Below, in pieces: positions 11,761-27,292 of a stretch of 64,000 bases of DNA. The notes beneath the pieces are model-generated. The model worked only from the letters and a program-made list of their open reading frames with translations, was not told the DNA's origin and did not search any database. The stretch covers positions 14,942,001 through 15,006,000 of the forward strand of contig OZ024757.1 in assembly GCA_964016885.1 (NCBI GenBank). The letters are read 5' to 3'. Position 1 is the stretch's first letter, and every line of letters begins with the position of its first letter. The position numbers were made by a program, and so were the translations under genes. Source of the stretch: Eledone cirrhosa (lineage: Eukaryota).

Positions 11761-11940
11761 ATATCTTAATGGATAGTATGGACATAATAGAGATGATATA
11801 CTTCATGATCTGGTAACTAAGAACAATCAAACTATATGATCCTGCTGAGGGTGAAAGCAGAAATTCATTGCTTAATCTTTTAATCTGTGCCAATTTCCGA
11901 TTCCGCCCCGTCCCTTCAATCTTTCTAATTTCTCATTCTT

Positions 11941-11976
11941 TCTTCTGATGAAGGACTAGCGTCCGAAACGTTAAGA
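11941..11976 (+). ncRNA. Minimal type-I hammerhead ribozyme (PLE pseudo-LTR-type)
   Basis: TCTT-CTGATGA-a-GGAC(tagc)GTCC-GAAA-cg-TT-AAGA: both core boxes, stem II, stem I, and a palindromic AACGTT stem III. Confidence 0.7.
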
Positions 11977-12254
11977 CCCTCTACCTGCTATATCAAGCAT
12001 TAACCTTATATATACCTTCCATATACTGTACCGATTGTGTTGTTATTTCTGTTTACCTTTTACATACACACAGACACATATATATATATATATTATTTAT
12101 ATACATATACATCTATACCTACATAAATACGTGTGTATATATATGTATGTATATATACACACGTATTTATGTAGGTATAGATGTATGTGTATATATACAT
12201 AATATATATACACACACAAACACATATATATATATATACACTCATATAAATATA

Positions 12255-12286
<32 letters not shown>

Positions 12287-12289
<3 letters not shown>

Positions 12290-13105
12290 TAGCAGCAGTG
12301 GGTAGGTAAAATAATATCTGCTTTGATGAAAAGGTGTTGATCTTAGCGACTGCTTCTCGATGACTCATCTATGGCCACACACAGGCTATGCGGTGGAGGG
12401 GGGTGATGACCTCTATCACTGAGAAACGCGGAACACTGACGAAGGGGCATGCTGGGGGAGGGAGGTAATGACCTCTAACACTAAGCCATTTCCTCACGCT
12501 ACTTGATTGGAAACCGATGAATTCTCAAATACACAACTAAAAGCTCAGACGACGTCAGTGGCCATCGTTTTGCCTTTGACCATCTATAAGATGTGCAATG
12601 ATAGGTTTTATCGTAGTATAAAAGTTGAACCAAATAAATTGATTTATGTGTGAGGTGGAGCCGAAGTTTCGAATTTGAACGAAATCGGTTGATTAATGTG
12701 GGAGCTAGAGCCGAAAAAGTGGAAATTTGAGTCCAAAAGTGGTATTTTTGAATATTTAAGCGGCTGCCACGCCGTCCCTGAATAACAAATGCAAAATATA
12801 AAGCCATTACAGGATGTGCAATGATAAATTCTATTTTGCTTTAAAATTTGAACTAAATCGGTGGCAAAATGTGGGAGCTAGAGCCAAAAATCTTATTTTT
12901 AGATACCTAAAAAAGGGTGACCCCCCCTATCGATTTTTATCTGCAGAATGACCCCCGGAATAAAAAAAAAAGATACCCTGATATATAGAAAACACTCCCC
13001 GATGACCAATCTATGAGCCTGTAAAGTTTCATGAAAATCGGTCGTAAGATGTAGGCCCCTATAGGTAATACACAGACACACACTTAATTTTATATATATA
13101 CAGAT
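12287..13105 (+). mobile_element. Non-autonomous DNA element in (TA)n, possibly Helitron/Helentron-associated
   Basis: Starts TACTAGCAG and ends ...ACACAGACACACTTAATTTTATATATATACAGAT. Internal repeats AAATCGGT...ATGTGGGAGCTAGAGCC. No ORF, and the classification is tentative. Confidence 0.4.
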
Positions 13106-13192
13106 ATATATATATACTTAAGGTAAATATTGATGCAATTCAAATCAAGAACTCAACGTTCTTTTCCCACATACGAATGACGGAGTATATTT

Positions 13193-13584
13193 AGAATAAG
13201 AAAATGCGTAGTAGTTTCAGATGTTAAACCTCTTTATTGATAATGCTGTGATACGTATTTCAATGACTCCAGTAGCCACATGATTCCGTGTACCCAGTGC
13301 CGTGACATCATCAGACAGCTTCTTATGTAATAAGGTTACATTCCCGAGGCAATCCAAAAAGAAACGACAAGGGAACGATTCAAGAACACACGCCTTGTCC
13401 GTTCCCTTGTCGTTTCTGTTTGGATTGCCTCGGGAACATAACCTTATTACATAAGAAGCTGTCTGATGATGTGACGGCACTGGGTACACAGAATCATGTG
13501 GCCACTGTCGTCATTGAAATACGTATCACAGCATTATCAATAAAGGACTTTAACATCTGAAACTACTTCGCATTTTCTCATTCT
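13193..13584. repeat. Inverted repeat with ~185-bp arms and a short loop (inverted PLE pseudo-LTR-like pair)
   Basis: The arms are reverse complements with scattered mismatches, and each carries a hammerhead core. Confidence 0.92.
13458..13532 (+). ncRNA. Type-I hammerhead ribozyme with extended stem II
   Basis: GCTGT-CTGATGA-t-GTGACGGCA...TGTCGTCAT-t-GAAA-tacgta-TC-ACAGC: stem I GCTGT/ACAGC, palindromic stem III, AUC cleavage triplet. Confidence 0.75.
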
Positions 13585-13777
13585 CTCTCTCTATATATAT
13601 ATAACCGGATTTTTTAAATAAATTGAACTGAAAGCCAAAGGGTGCGTGTGTTTTCATTAGCATTATGACACTCCCTCCCACCAAAGTATAACAATATATA
13701 TATATAGTCGCAGTGTGTATATATATATAGACACACAACTACAAAAATGGTACATTACATATATACCTAGGTATGTA

Positions 13778-13827
<50 letters not shown>

Positions 13828-13867
13828 ACTACAAAAATGGTACATTACATATATACCTAGGTATGTA

Positions 13868-13909
<42 letters not shown>

Positions 13910-14061
13910 GACAAAAATGGTATGTGCAAGCGATATGTGGTCCTATGAGCTCTCAAGCAAGGCAAGTGATGCTGAACAATAATTGAATGGAGCCGTGACT
14001 ATTGCATTAGTCCATGCTAGCTCGGGAAGCAGACATATTAATAATAATACGTGGCCACCAA

Positions 14062-14171
14062 TAATAATAATAATTGTGTCTACGTTAGGCACAAGGCCAG
14101 CAATACCCAGTGTATTACTGGTACTTTATTTTATCGACCCCGTAAGGATGAAAGGCAAAGTTAACCTCGGC
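14062..14171 (-). mobile_element. 5'-truncated Meta-like SINE in an (AAT)n context
   Basis: The core TTTATCGACCCCGTAAGGATGAAAGGCAAAGTTAACCTCGG and the GGCACAAGGCCAGC tail match the other copies. Confidence 0.75.
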
Positions 14172-14685
14172 AATAATGAGACAGAGAGAGACGCTGTGAG
14201 AAAAACGAACTGAAAAAGCCCTTAATGGGACGTTGAAAAGAATATTTCTAAGGGAGATAACTCCCAAGAAAATATAAAACAAGGTTTTAAAAAATTAATA
14301 AGGGAGGTAACTAATAGATATTTTTAAGACAATGAGAATATTCTCCCTTAATAATACGGGTTTTATTTTAAATTCGTAGGAATTATTTTAGAGGAGATTC
14401 GTACGAACATATATGTGTATATGTGTGTGTAGACGTAAATATGTCAACCGAATTTCCCCCCTTTTTTAAATTTTTCTTACTTAACAAATGTTCTTATAAA
14501 TTTATGACGAAAGATTTGTATACAAAAGCGAATGAAATGTAATCTGAAAAAAGAGAAAGGTTGGAATAAAAATATGCATCCATAGTAACAACAATAACAT
14601 CTATTCACTAAGCATTGGTCAACTTGCGATAGTAAAATAGATGTATGTATGTGTATTTATATATATAGGTCTCTCTCTCTCTCTC

Positions 14686-14721
<36 letters not shown>

Positions 14722-14730
14722 TATTATTAC

Positions 14731-14930
14731 AATGTAAGCTATCGCCGTATTTTGACTAAAGAAATTATTTAGCCTGATAGTGGGGTTAAGAACCCTCGGA
14801 GAAATGGAAAAAGATGAGTATTGAGGTACATGTACGTCAATACTCATCTTTTTCCATTTCTCCGAGGGTTCTTAACCCCACTATCAGGCTAAATAATTTC
14901 TTTAGTCAAAATACGGCGATAGCTTACATT
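14731..14930. repeat. 200-bp near-perfect spacerless palindrome
   Basis: 100-bp arms centred on TACA|TGTA. One mismatch seen (14825/14836). Confidence 0.95.
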
Positions 14931-14974
14931 TCTAATAATTTCAAACCCACTCGCTGTTTCGAAAATATTCTTAC

Positions 14975-16957
<1,983 letters not shown>

Positions 16958-17186
16958 AAGCATATAAATAAATTTACAGTAGAATAACATAACAAATATG
17001 TTTTAAATATATACGTAAATAACATTACAAATGCTTCGATAACATCATAAATAGCTCGCGATGCATTCAGAAAGATATATTCTTTTTATGTTGCAATATT
17101 AAAGAGAATGTAAAGCAAGGGGTGAATAAGGGAGCCAACAGCAGAGCAAAAGACAGCAACGTCGCGAGGAGTACTGGGCAACCTCT

Positions 17187-17465
17187 CTAATGATTTTTGA
17201 AGCAAGCCAGCACACTCACAGCGTTGCCTCGGGTGATGGCGAGGCTAATGCGCTGGAACAGCCAACCGCCCTCGCGAGATTCGCCAGTTACCTCTATTAG
17301 GCGAGCCGCCAGTGAAGAGAGGAACCTCGGAGTCAGCGGTCCGACTCCCCCAAACGTCTCGAAAGCCACAGGCTGAAAAATGTAGCTGGCCGGCAGATCA
17401 GAGTATTTGAGGGTCTTACTCGATTCGGCTGCGGAAGCTGTGGCTCTCGTCCTAACCGCAGAATT
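17187..17465 (-). mobile_element. 3' fragment of a CRE-like non-LTR element (restriction-like endonuclease C-terminus)
   Basis: Peptide AAESSKTLKYSDL...FQPVAFETFGGVG...LFQRISLAITRGNA. Confidence 0.78.
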
Positions 17466-17580
17466 CAGGTGTTCCTCCAAAATGTATACACACGTTAACA
17501 GCATTCTAATATATATTGCCTGTACAGGTATTCAAAGTATGTATACAGTTTTGGGGGACACCCTGTTTATATATAGATAC

Positions 17581-17613
<33 letters not shown>

Positions 17614-18218
17614 AAGAGATTTATTAAAATAACAGATTTGCTCTACGGTTCTTATATATTTGATATATATTTATCCTTATCGAGCCCTCTTTGGATTTTA
17701 GTCTTCAAATTTATTATTATTACTATATATATATATATTTATATATTCGTGGGGTTACGTTCCTAGAGCACCTACGAAGAGTGAAAAACCGCGAATATTG
17801 GACGTATAAATACGAATATTGGACCATAAAAATGCCTATAAACGTCAAAATATAAAATAAAATATAATAAAAAAGAGGGAGCGTCTTATGCGAACAGGAC
17901 GTCCAATAGGCCGGCAAATACGGTATATTGTTATTAATAATTTAGCGTTAAAAAAGCATAAAAATAATCGTAGAAGATATTTACATTTCCACGAACAATT
18001 ATTAGTTAGCTTCTAAGGAAAGTCCTGCGAATAACTGGGACCGCCAATATATATATATTTATATATACACACTCTATTATATATAAGCAAGCTCACGTTG
18101 TCGTTTCGTTCTGCAGTCCTTGGAAACTGTGTCACCGCCGGTGATTATTCAGTAATGTCCCTCTTCAAAAAAGTATTCCTTTGGATATGTGTATATACAT
18201 ATACACACTCACTCACAA

Positions 18219-18907
18219 GTGACCTTTCAATTCAAATAAATTCTTGATGATGAGTGAACTCGCATCGGAGTAGCCCAACGCCTTGGCCTCCGCGTGTGTG
18301 AGCCACATAAATGCTCTCAACGACATAATGAGAAGAAGCCTGGACGCAGCTGACTTTCCATCTCAACAGGAGCCAGCAGGCTTAGGCCGCGGAGATGGCA
18401 AGCACCCCGAGGGAATCACCCTCTTCCCATTCGAAGGAGGTAGATCCACAAACCCCGGCATCGCTGCCCGTCTCGCAGGAGAACATAAAATAAACAAATT
18501 CCGGGGTTTGTCCTGGCGCTTCTTCATCGCATCAGCCGCCGTCGAGACCCCAGGCCTACTTGGACCCATTACAGCCGAGCTCCTCCGCAACATCGGAGTG
18601 TCTGTGGCCCGTCTGAGGATGGAGTCCCACGAGGTTGGATGGCTGTTGAAGCAGGTGTCACTGCCCTTACATATATATACGTAAATGTTCCCTTGACTGC
18701 TATTTCTAGCATATATTAATAGACACTTTCGAAACAGCAGCTAAAAATCAGGAAACAACAGTGTGTGTCTGTATATATATACACAGAGAGAAAAAGAGAG
18801 AGAGAGATAGAGAGAGAGCAGCCAAAGACACACACACGCACACACACATACACATAGGTGTATGTCTGCGTGGATGTATATATATGTGTGTCTGCGTTCT
18901 CTCTCTG

Positions 18908-18930
<23 letters not shown>
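18219..18930 (+). mobile_element. Composite repeat carrying a CRE-like endonuclease fragment (copy 1)
   Basis: Peptide NALNDIMRRSL...EPAGLGRGDGKHPEGITLFPF...AVETPGLLG, which is RPDG-like. Near-identical copy at 28485-29172. Confidence 0.78.
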
Positions 18931-18956
<26 letters not shown>

Positions 18957-19132
18957 TAAAATAACAGATTAAAGTTTAAGCAAAGAATCGCTGCTTTCAC
19001 CCTTAACGGGATCTTCTGAAACTAACAAAGTCAATCTGTAAACGCAGAACTGGATATTTCAAAAAACGTTGCAACCGGAGGAAGACAGGAAGACGATACT
19101 TTTGTTCATGGTGTCATGGTGACGTTCGCTGG

Positions 19133-19178
<46 letters not shown>

Positions 19179-19202
19179 TTATATATATATTTATATTTAT
19201 AT

Positions 19203-19951
19203 CAGTGATCCCCAACCTTTAATTAAACAAACCTGCGATGAAGCGATGATCAAAATAAATACCAAAATGTAAACAAACAGCGCATAGGTGCTGCCGGAAA
19301 CACGATAACATGTGTAGACGAAGTAAAACTTTTATTACAGTAATATAAAGTAGAAACCCTTTATTTCAACAAAGCTGCGATGCAACGGTGATCAAAACAA
19401 ACTTCATAATGTAAACAAACTTCTCGTAGGTGCTGCCAGATACACGATAATATGTGTAGACGAAGTGTAACGGGGAGTTGGGTCGTATTATATCACTTTC
19501 AAATTGACCCCTATTATATTCAAATTGTCCCCCGTGGGGCGTGCACCCCACGTTGAGAATCCCTCATAAATAAATATATGTGAGTGTGTTGCTATGACTG
19601 CTATTTCTAGCATGTTTACTGCAGTCCTGTAGACGCACACCAAAAACCGGAAGTGGCAGCCATTAAAAAACTTTGGCTTAAAATCAGGCAAAAGTTTTTT
19701 AACAATAGAAAATTTCATGTAAGTAAACAAACCAGGGTGTTTTTGCCAAGAAAGATAACTCTTGTCTTACTTAATCGCAAAACTCGAGGCAAAAAAATGT
19801 TGCGGGTGTGCAGTTTGTTTGGTCGTATTTGCTGGTATTTGACTGCTATTTCTAGCATGTATGGACGCTTTAGAAATAGCAGCGAAAAACGGAAAACAGA
19901 AGAAAGAAGGACACACACCTATATATATATGTATATATATATATATATATG

Positions 19952-20016
<65 letters not shown>

Positions 20017-20861
20017 TTAAGGATATTTGTCTGTTTGTTTATATGTATATATACATATGTATGTATATTTTTATATATATATATATATATATCTACGTAT
20101 AGGTGTGTGCGCGCGCGTGTATATATATATATAAATGTATATATATCTGTGCATATATATATATGACCCTCCCAAAGTATAACAATATATATATATATAT
20201 TCGTGTGTGTCCTTCTTTCTGATGTTTCCTGTGTTTCGCCGCTATTTCTAGTGTCCATATATGCTAGAAATAGCAGTCAAATACACCAAACAAACTGCAC
20301 ACACGCAAAATTTTTGCCTCGATTTTTGCGATTAAGTAAGACAAGAGTTATCTTTCTTGGCAAAAACACCCTGGTTTGTTTACTTACATGAAATTTTCTA
20401 TTGTTAAAAAACTTTTGCCTGATTTTAAGCCAGTTTTTTAATGGCTGCCACTTCCGGTTTTTAGTGTGCGTCTACAGGACTGCAGTAAACATGCTAGAAA
20501 TAGCAGTCATAGCAACTCACTCACATATATTTATTTGTGAGGGATTCTCAACGTGGGGTGCACGCCCCACGGGGGACAATTTGAATATAATAGGGGTCAA
20601 TTTGAAAGTGATATAATACGACCGAACTCCCTGTTACACATGTTATCGTGTATCTGGCAGCACCTGCGAGAAGTTTGTTTACATTTTGGGGTCTGCTTTG
20701 ATCATCGCTGCATTGCAGCTTTCTTTAAATAAAGGCTTTCTACTTTATATTACAGTAATAACACTTTTACAAGACTCGGATTGTTTTTATATTAAAGGGG
20801 GGTATAAACATATTTTAAATGTCGAGGTGGGGCATGGTGCAGAGAAGGTTTTAAACCACTG
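19203..20861. mobile_element. Fold-back structure: inverted duplication (~570-bp core arms) containing hAT-like MITE ends around a microsatellite spacer
   Basis: ~19345-19920 is the reverse complement of ~20200-20750. hAT-like termini CAGTGATCCCCAACCT / AGGTTTTAAACCACTG and internal GTTGAGAATCCCTC / GAGGGATTCTCAAC. Confidence 0.75.
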
Positions 20862-23023
20862 ATATATATTTATTCATGCCCTTCTTTCTGTTGTTTATTA
20901 AACTCTGAACTCACCATTTTTCTGTTGTTCTCCGGGATTCTAGCAAAGTATAACAATATATATATATATATATCTGGCAGTCAACCTCAGACTCGAAAAA
21001 GCCGCCGCTAATCGTGATCGCTGGGGTTATAATTAAACTAAAGTGCTTCCACTGGGCACCATTAGCTGGTTGTGATCATTGGAGAATTCTTTCTGCGCTG
21101 AAAGAGCCTAGGACTAAAAGATATATTATATAGATGTCGAAACGGCAGTAGCACAGCCGTTGGGGTCCTGAATATTTTCACATCTATATATGTGTGTGTA
21201 TTCTGCGACATTTATAATTACATAAGTAAGCATATTTGAATAACAAAATTTGAGGTTTAAATACTTTATTTTTTAACAATAACATACAGAAAGGCATGAA
21301 CAACACCACATGTTAATTACTTTAATATTGAAAGTAGGCTTATAAATATTTAATTCAGCAGATTTTTGTTGTCTTTATGGTGGTCTGGTGGGTGATACCA
21401 GAGATAGTAGAGATCCTGGTTTGGGGTTCAATCCTGGTCTGGATTACATATATGGTTTCATGCTTTTTTTTTTTTTCTCTCCTTCACTTTTCTTCTAATC
21501 TCTAGATATATACATAATGTAATTTGGTAGAATTGTTAGAACATCAGATAGAATTCTTTGCAGTATTTTTCCAGTTCTTTACTCTGAGTTCAACTTTACC
21601 TTTCTTCCATTCGGTGTCGATAAGTCTTGAATATGTCTAACGTAGCAATAACTGGAGCTACTTAACCAAGTTTTCCCAACCTAGTTGATATCACCTACTG
21701 GTTGGCGATTTAAACTGTTGGCTGGGACAATGACCAACTAATCAGTCAGATTCGAACTCACTATGTCTGGCATATATTTTATACTTTATATTTGAATGAA
21801 GTTCTGTAAGTAACCTGGTGGCTTAGATGGCAATACTGCTCGAATAGATGGCTTCTATTATGAAGTTATAAATTCATTCCCTATCCAGGATTGTAGAATT
21901 AATTTTATTTAGTTATTATTTAATCAATTGTTTTAACAAACAAATTATATCTATAAAACGCCAAATATAGTGAGTTCAAATCTGACTGACATGCATGGTA
22001 TATATTTATGTTTCATTATACAGCGACACAATACACAGGAACTTATAAAGATATGTATATATTGTCCAGGAGTTTCGAGTTTAGTGGGAATTGGTACAAC
22101 TCTCAATTGGAGCTAGTCCCTGCAAGATCAGCATAAATAATGTTATACCTTTTCATGAAATCTTGCACACCCGATATTTTATACATGATTATTTAAAGGT
22201 GAACAAAAACCAAAGAACATTGAGCAGCATTTCTCAACCTTTCTACCCATGTTGATCTCTTGAAATAGTTTTTATGTCTCAGGGAAGCCCTGCATAAAAT
22301 ATACTTTTTCTATCTCTAGAGCAGTGGTTCCCAAATTGTGTGCTGCGAGATGAAACTAGATGAGCTGCAAAAGACTAAGATTAAGTTTTAAGATGTGAAA
22401 AATATAAAACTGAAATTTCATATAAAAGTTCAAATATAGCTACAGCCACAAACCTAGGCTCCACACCCCGCAACGCAGAGGAGAGTAAGATAGTACCGAG
22501 GCCTGACTCACCTCTTCCACTCCATTGAGACCTCTGCCATACTTGGTCCCCGTACTGCTGATTTCCTCCATAAAGTCGGGAGGAAAGACGGCAGGAGCCT
22601 CGTGTGGAGGGGCGACTATTGTAGCAGTTGTCTCTGGCCTTGCTCCGAGGTAACGCTGTTACGTTTCTTCCACGGGTTGCGGCTGAGGGACCACTTAGAT
22701 TGGGGTGAAGTGTCTCTCCCTCCCCCGACTTCTTTTTTTTCTCCTTTTCATTTTCTTTCCTCTTCTTGCTTATCTCTGCTATACCACAGCATCAAAAACA
22801 TATATGATATATGTATGTATGGTATAGGTGTATTTATATTTAGGATAGTTATCAAAGGTAAATAGACTGGTTGGAGCAATAACAGTCTTGTTTATGTATA
22901 TACATATATATATATATATGTTTATTCTTGTATTTCCATAGAAAAGGTAAAGAAAAGAAGAATGCTCTATGTATTGTACAGAGCTATTTAATTACATAAT
23001 AAACAACAGAATATAATTATTCC

Positions 23024-25399
23024 ATGCAAATAGACTTAGAATGGAAAACATTCAGACAGAGAAGAATGGATAATGAGCGTCGTAAGAGAAATTGGCCAAC
23101 AATTAATATTAATGGAAATGTAGAAGAATTTCATATTAGTGATATGAATGTTTCGTGTGATCACTGTGGAGCTTTGAAATTTAGAAATGAAAATTGTAAC
23201 TGTTGTAATAAAGGAAAGGTTGTGTTGCCTCCATTGCAAATATACCCTGAGAGACTGAGAAATCTCTTTGAAAGAGGCCAGGAAGCAGTTGATTTCACAG
23301 AAACATCTGCAATTAAAACTACATTTATTTCACTTCATTTGGTGTTAAACTTGCCTTACCACCTGGCTGAGGCCCGTATAGCTTTCATATTCAGGGTCAA
23401 ACATATCACTACACCTCCACCTCTGTAACCTGCAGAAAATACACCACAATATGGCCAGTTATATATTATTGATGGGAATGAAGGTGTGTAGCACAGATTG
23501 GAAGTACGACCAAATAATTGTTTCTGGCACAAGGCCACCAATTACTGGTACTTTATTCCATCGACCTCATAAGGATGAAAACAAAGTCAACCTTGGACTT
23601 GGAGGGATTTGAACCCAGAACGTAAAGGGCCATAACCCTATGCTGCAAAGCATGGTGTCTGATGCTCTACCGATACTGCCAATCCACCGCCCTAGTACCA
23701 ACAAATAATGACTGCTCACCACAAAAAATGGCTATGATAAGAGAGGTGTTGCATGAATGTAATCCATATGTCGAAGTGTACAATACAATGCATGGCATCA
23801 AACAGCAAAGTGCAAGAAGAGAAAATTGTCGTGTACAGAACTGTGAATTAAGATTTAGAAGAGGATCAGATATAAGCTGCTATAATTTACCAACTAGTAA
23901 TGATAGCTGTTGTTTTGTGGGGGATTGAGGACACACCACCTGTACAAAGAGATATTATCATCTTTCCTAAAGACCATCCTCCTCAGAAAATACCACATAA
24001 TTCATGCCACTTGGACCTCATGACCGACCGATAATGGTGAATTTTGGTGGCATAGTGACATGGAGAGGAATGCAGGACCTGTGTTTGCAATAGACTGACA
24101 ATGCAGGAGTATTACATATACTGTATAGCATATAGAGGAGGATTTAGTGCGGTATATAGGGCAGGTAAATTATTTTAGCAGTATTTAGTGGAAGCCTATA
24201 TGAAAGTAGAGGGATGCAGGCTTCAATATTTGAGGAACAATCAAGCCCAATTGTGAGTGGATGAGTATAATGGTTTAATGAATTATCTAAACAAATGATA
24301 ACACTGAGCCTTAAGAAATGAAGACAAGATAAGAAACAGAGGAGACATTGACAGAATCGTGTCAACAGAAATACCTGCATTGGAAGATGATTCAGTACTA
24401 CATGAGCAGGTTTAAAAGTTTACGATCCACGGGCCATGTGGTTCTGGAAACCCTTTTCCCCCATTTATACAAAATGGATTTTTCAAAAAACTATCCAAAA
24501 ACCTACAGAAGGGAAACATTATTGAACCTAAATGGATACCCAGAGTACAGGAGGTGCAAGACAGGAACTGCAGTGTAAATTGGATGACATTCAGTAGATA
24601 ACAGGAATGTTGTGCCATTTAATGCCTTTTTGCTTAAGAAATATTGTGCACATATTAATGTTGAAGTTTGCCCTTCTGTAAAAAGTGTCAAGTACCTCTT
24701 TAAGGTTACATGGGGCATGATTGTACATCTATATAAGTAACGAATAATGCATTACCTAATGAGGCTCAGAACCAACACAACCATGATGAAATAAGAACCT
24801 ATCTTTGTTGCAGGTATGTGTCTCAGCCAGAAGCAGTGTCGTGTCTCTCGGAATTTAAGCTTCATGGTACATCACATACAGTATACAGGCTAGCCACACA
24901 CCTGGAGAACAAACAGAGTTTACTTTCAAAGAGGCAATGCTCAGGTTGCAGTAGAAATGCAGGGACCCTTGCTGCCTGGTTCAAGCTAAATGAACTTCTG
25001 AACTTGCTTACACCTTCTGGGATGCCGCCTCACAAACTCCAATTAAAAGCAGGATCAATAATAATGCTTCTATGGAATATTTCAATCCAGAACAGATTAT
25101 GTAATGGCACAAGATTAGAAGTAGTGGAACTGCATAAACATTTTATCGAAGCTTCTCATATCTATGGTCGTTTGATGGGCAGGTGTGTTTTGATCCCAAG
25201 ACTGAAGTTATCCCCCAGTGGTGCCAACATCCCTTTTACTTTGGAAAGACCCCAGTTTCCATTAAGACTGTCATATGCCATGACAATCAACAAGAACCAT
25301 GGTCAAATACATGATAAAGTGGGTCTGTTCCTCCCTGAGCAAGTATTTAACCCTGGACAATTGTATGTTGCTTTTTCAAGAGTTCACAGACAGATGTAA
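23024..25399 (+). pseudogene. Decayed Helitron RepHel (Zn finger, Rep remnants, Pif1 helicase C-terminus)
   Basis: Motifs CDHCGALKF..CC..GKVVLP, YGQLYIID, YPEYRR, AHINVEVC.SVKSVKYLFK, PSGMPPHKL.LK.G...CNGTRL, QFPLRLSYAMTINK..GQ and GQLYVAFSRV. Many stops, frameshifts and large deletions. Confidence 0.9.
23512..23692 (-). mobile_element. Meta-like SINE inserted in the Helitron, with a ~16-bp imperfect TSD ending in AAATAAT
   Basis: Flanked by AGTACGACCAAATAAT and AGTACCAACAAATAAT. Core and tail match the other copies. Confidence 0.75.
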
Positions 25400-25489
25400 A
25401 AATTAATCCTACCAACCCCAGCACTCCTACAACTGTTATCCCACCCCCAGCACCACCCAACCTCCGTTCTAGTCCCACCGTTAGAACCA

Positions 25490-27292
25490 ATGCTTGTTGG
25501 AGATAAATATGTCCGGAATGATGCTGGTGTACTCAGTGTCAATAATGATCAGAAAAAGGAGGCCTGGAAATGCCATTATGAGAGGCTGATGAATGTGGAG
25601 AATGAATGGGAGAGAGAGAAACTACCCACATTTGACCCAACAGCTATTGAGATTGATGACTATAGGGTCAAAGAGGCAATTAAAGAAAGGAAAAATGGTA
25701 AGGCAGCTGGACCATCAGGGATAGTTGCTGAGATGCTGAAGGCATGAGGAGAAGTAGGTACTAAACTGGTTGCAAGCATAATCAATCAAGCTATATATGG
25801 CGGAGTCATACCCAAAGATTGGTGTTGCAGTATTCTCATAAATTGCTACAAAGGTAAAGGGGGATGCTCTGGAGAGGATCAATTATAGAGGCATAAAACT
25901 GATGGATCAGGTTATGAAAGTGGCAGAAAGGATATTAGAGCAACTAATTAGAGAAAGAGTCAAACTAGATGAGATGCAGTTTGGTTTTGTGCCTGGGAAA
26001 AGTACAACCGATGCCATATTCTTAGTGAGACAACTACAAGAGAGGTTCTTAGAGAAGAATAAGCCATTGTACTTAGCTTTTGTTGACCTAGAGAAAGCCT
26101 TTGATAGTGTACCCCAATCTGTCATCTGGTGATCCCTAAGGAAACTAGGTGATGAGGAATGGCTTGTGAGGACAGTGCAAGCTTTGTACAGAGGTGCTGT
26201 CTGTAAAGTGAGGGTAGGAATGGAGTTTAGTGAGGAATTCCAGATACAAGGAGGAGTCCATCAGAGTTCGGTCCTCAGCCCGCTCTTGTTCATTATAGTC
26301 CTCTAAGCCATAACAGAGGAGTTTAAGACTAGCTGCCCATGGGAATTTCTCTATACTGACAATCTGGTTTTTATAGCAGAATCAGTAGAGGAGCTAGAGA
26401 ATAAATTCTGGCTATGGAAACAGCAGTTGGAATTAAGAGGACTGAGAGTGAACCTAGCTAAAACAAAAGTGTTGATAAGTAGGAAAAAGGACAAAACTCT
26501 GATGGCCATGTTCGATATGCAGAAAAGGAACTGGCATACATTCTATAAAATGTACACAATGCAGATCTTGGGAACACACGAGATGTAGTGGGATAGCAGG
26601 CAAACTAACAGGTAGGGAAAACTACGTATGCAGTAGATGTACAGGGAAATTTGACAGTAGAAGTCGCATTGATAGACACATTTTTCAAATGCAAGTAGGT
26701 TCTATAAAAGTGGTTGATAGCTTCAGTACCTACGTGATCAGATTAGTATGGGAGGGGGGTTTTCCCAGGCCATAGTATCTAGAATAAGGACGGGCTGGAA
26801 GAAGTTTAGGGAGCTGCCTCTTCTGGTGACAAAGAAGGGTTTCTCCCTGCATACAAAAGGTTGGTTGTTTGATGCCTGTGTGAGATGCACAATGTTGCAT
26901 GGTAGTGAGACATGGGCAGCAACTGCAGAGGATATGCGAAGGCTGGAGAGAAATGAAGCAAGCATGCTCCATTGGATGTGCAATGTCAATGTGCGTGAAA
27001 GACCAAGCATGGACGAGTTGAGAGTGAAACTCTATAAGAAGGATAAACTGTAGTGTGTGGGAGAGAAGACTGCGTTGGTATGGCCATGTGATGCGTATGC
27101 AGGATTACCGCAGGGTGAAGAAGTGCCAAGTAATCCCAGTGGGAGGAAGACGCAGTAGAGGAAGACCAAGGAAGATATGGGCAGAGGTAGTGAGAGCTGA
27201 CCTCAGAGGAGATGATGAAGGAGAGATGTTATGCTGAAGAGGATCTGTCCCACCCTTATAAGCAGGGAAAAGTGGATGTATAATGATGATGA
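25490..27292 (+). mobile_element. Degenerate RTE-clade LINE (RT domain, Cys-rich insertion, C-terminus)
   Basis: Motifs KAAGPSGI, QFGFVPGKSTTDAIF, AFVDLEKAFD, LHGSETW and RRLRWYGHVMR...RGRPRKIW. Internal stops. (GAT)n at the end. Confidence 0.9.

Noticed and set aside
21085-21170. Hammerhead-like CTGAAAGA...GAAAC; also CTGCTGA...GAAA at ~11843
   Set aside because: The core boxes are non-canonical and I could not build convincing stems I-III.
17740-22350. Short Tigger/pogo-like (17745-17800) and hAT-like (22222-22350) terminal motifs
   Set aside because: No partner TIR or TSD was found, so they are too fragmentary to call.
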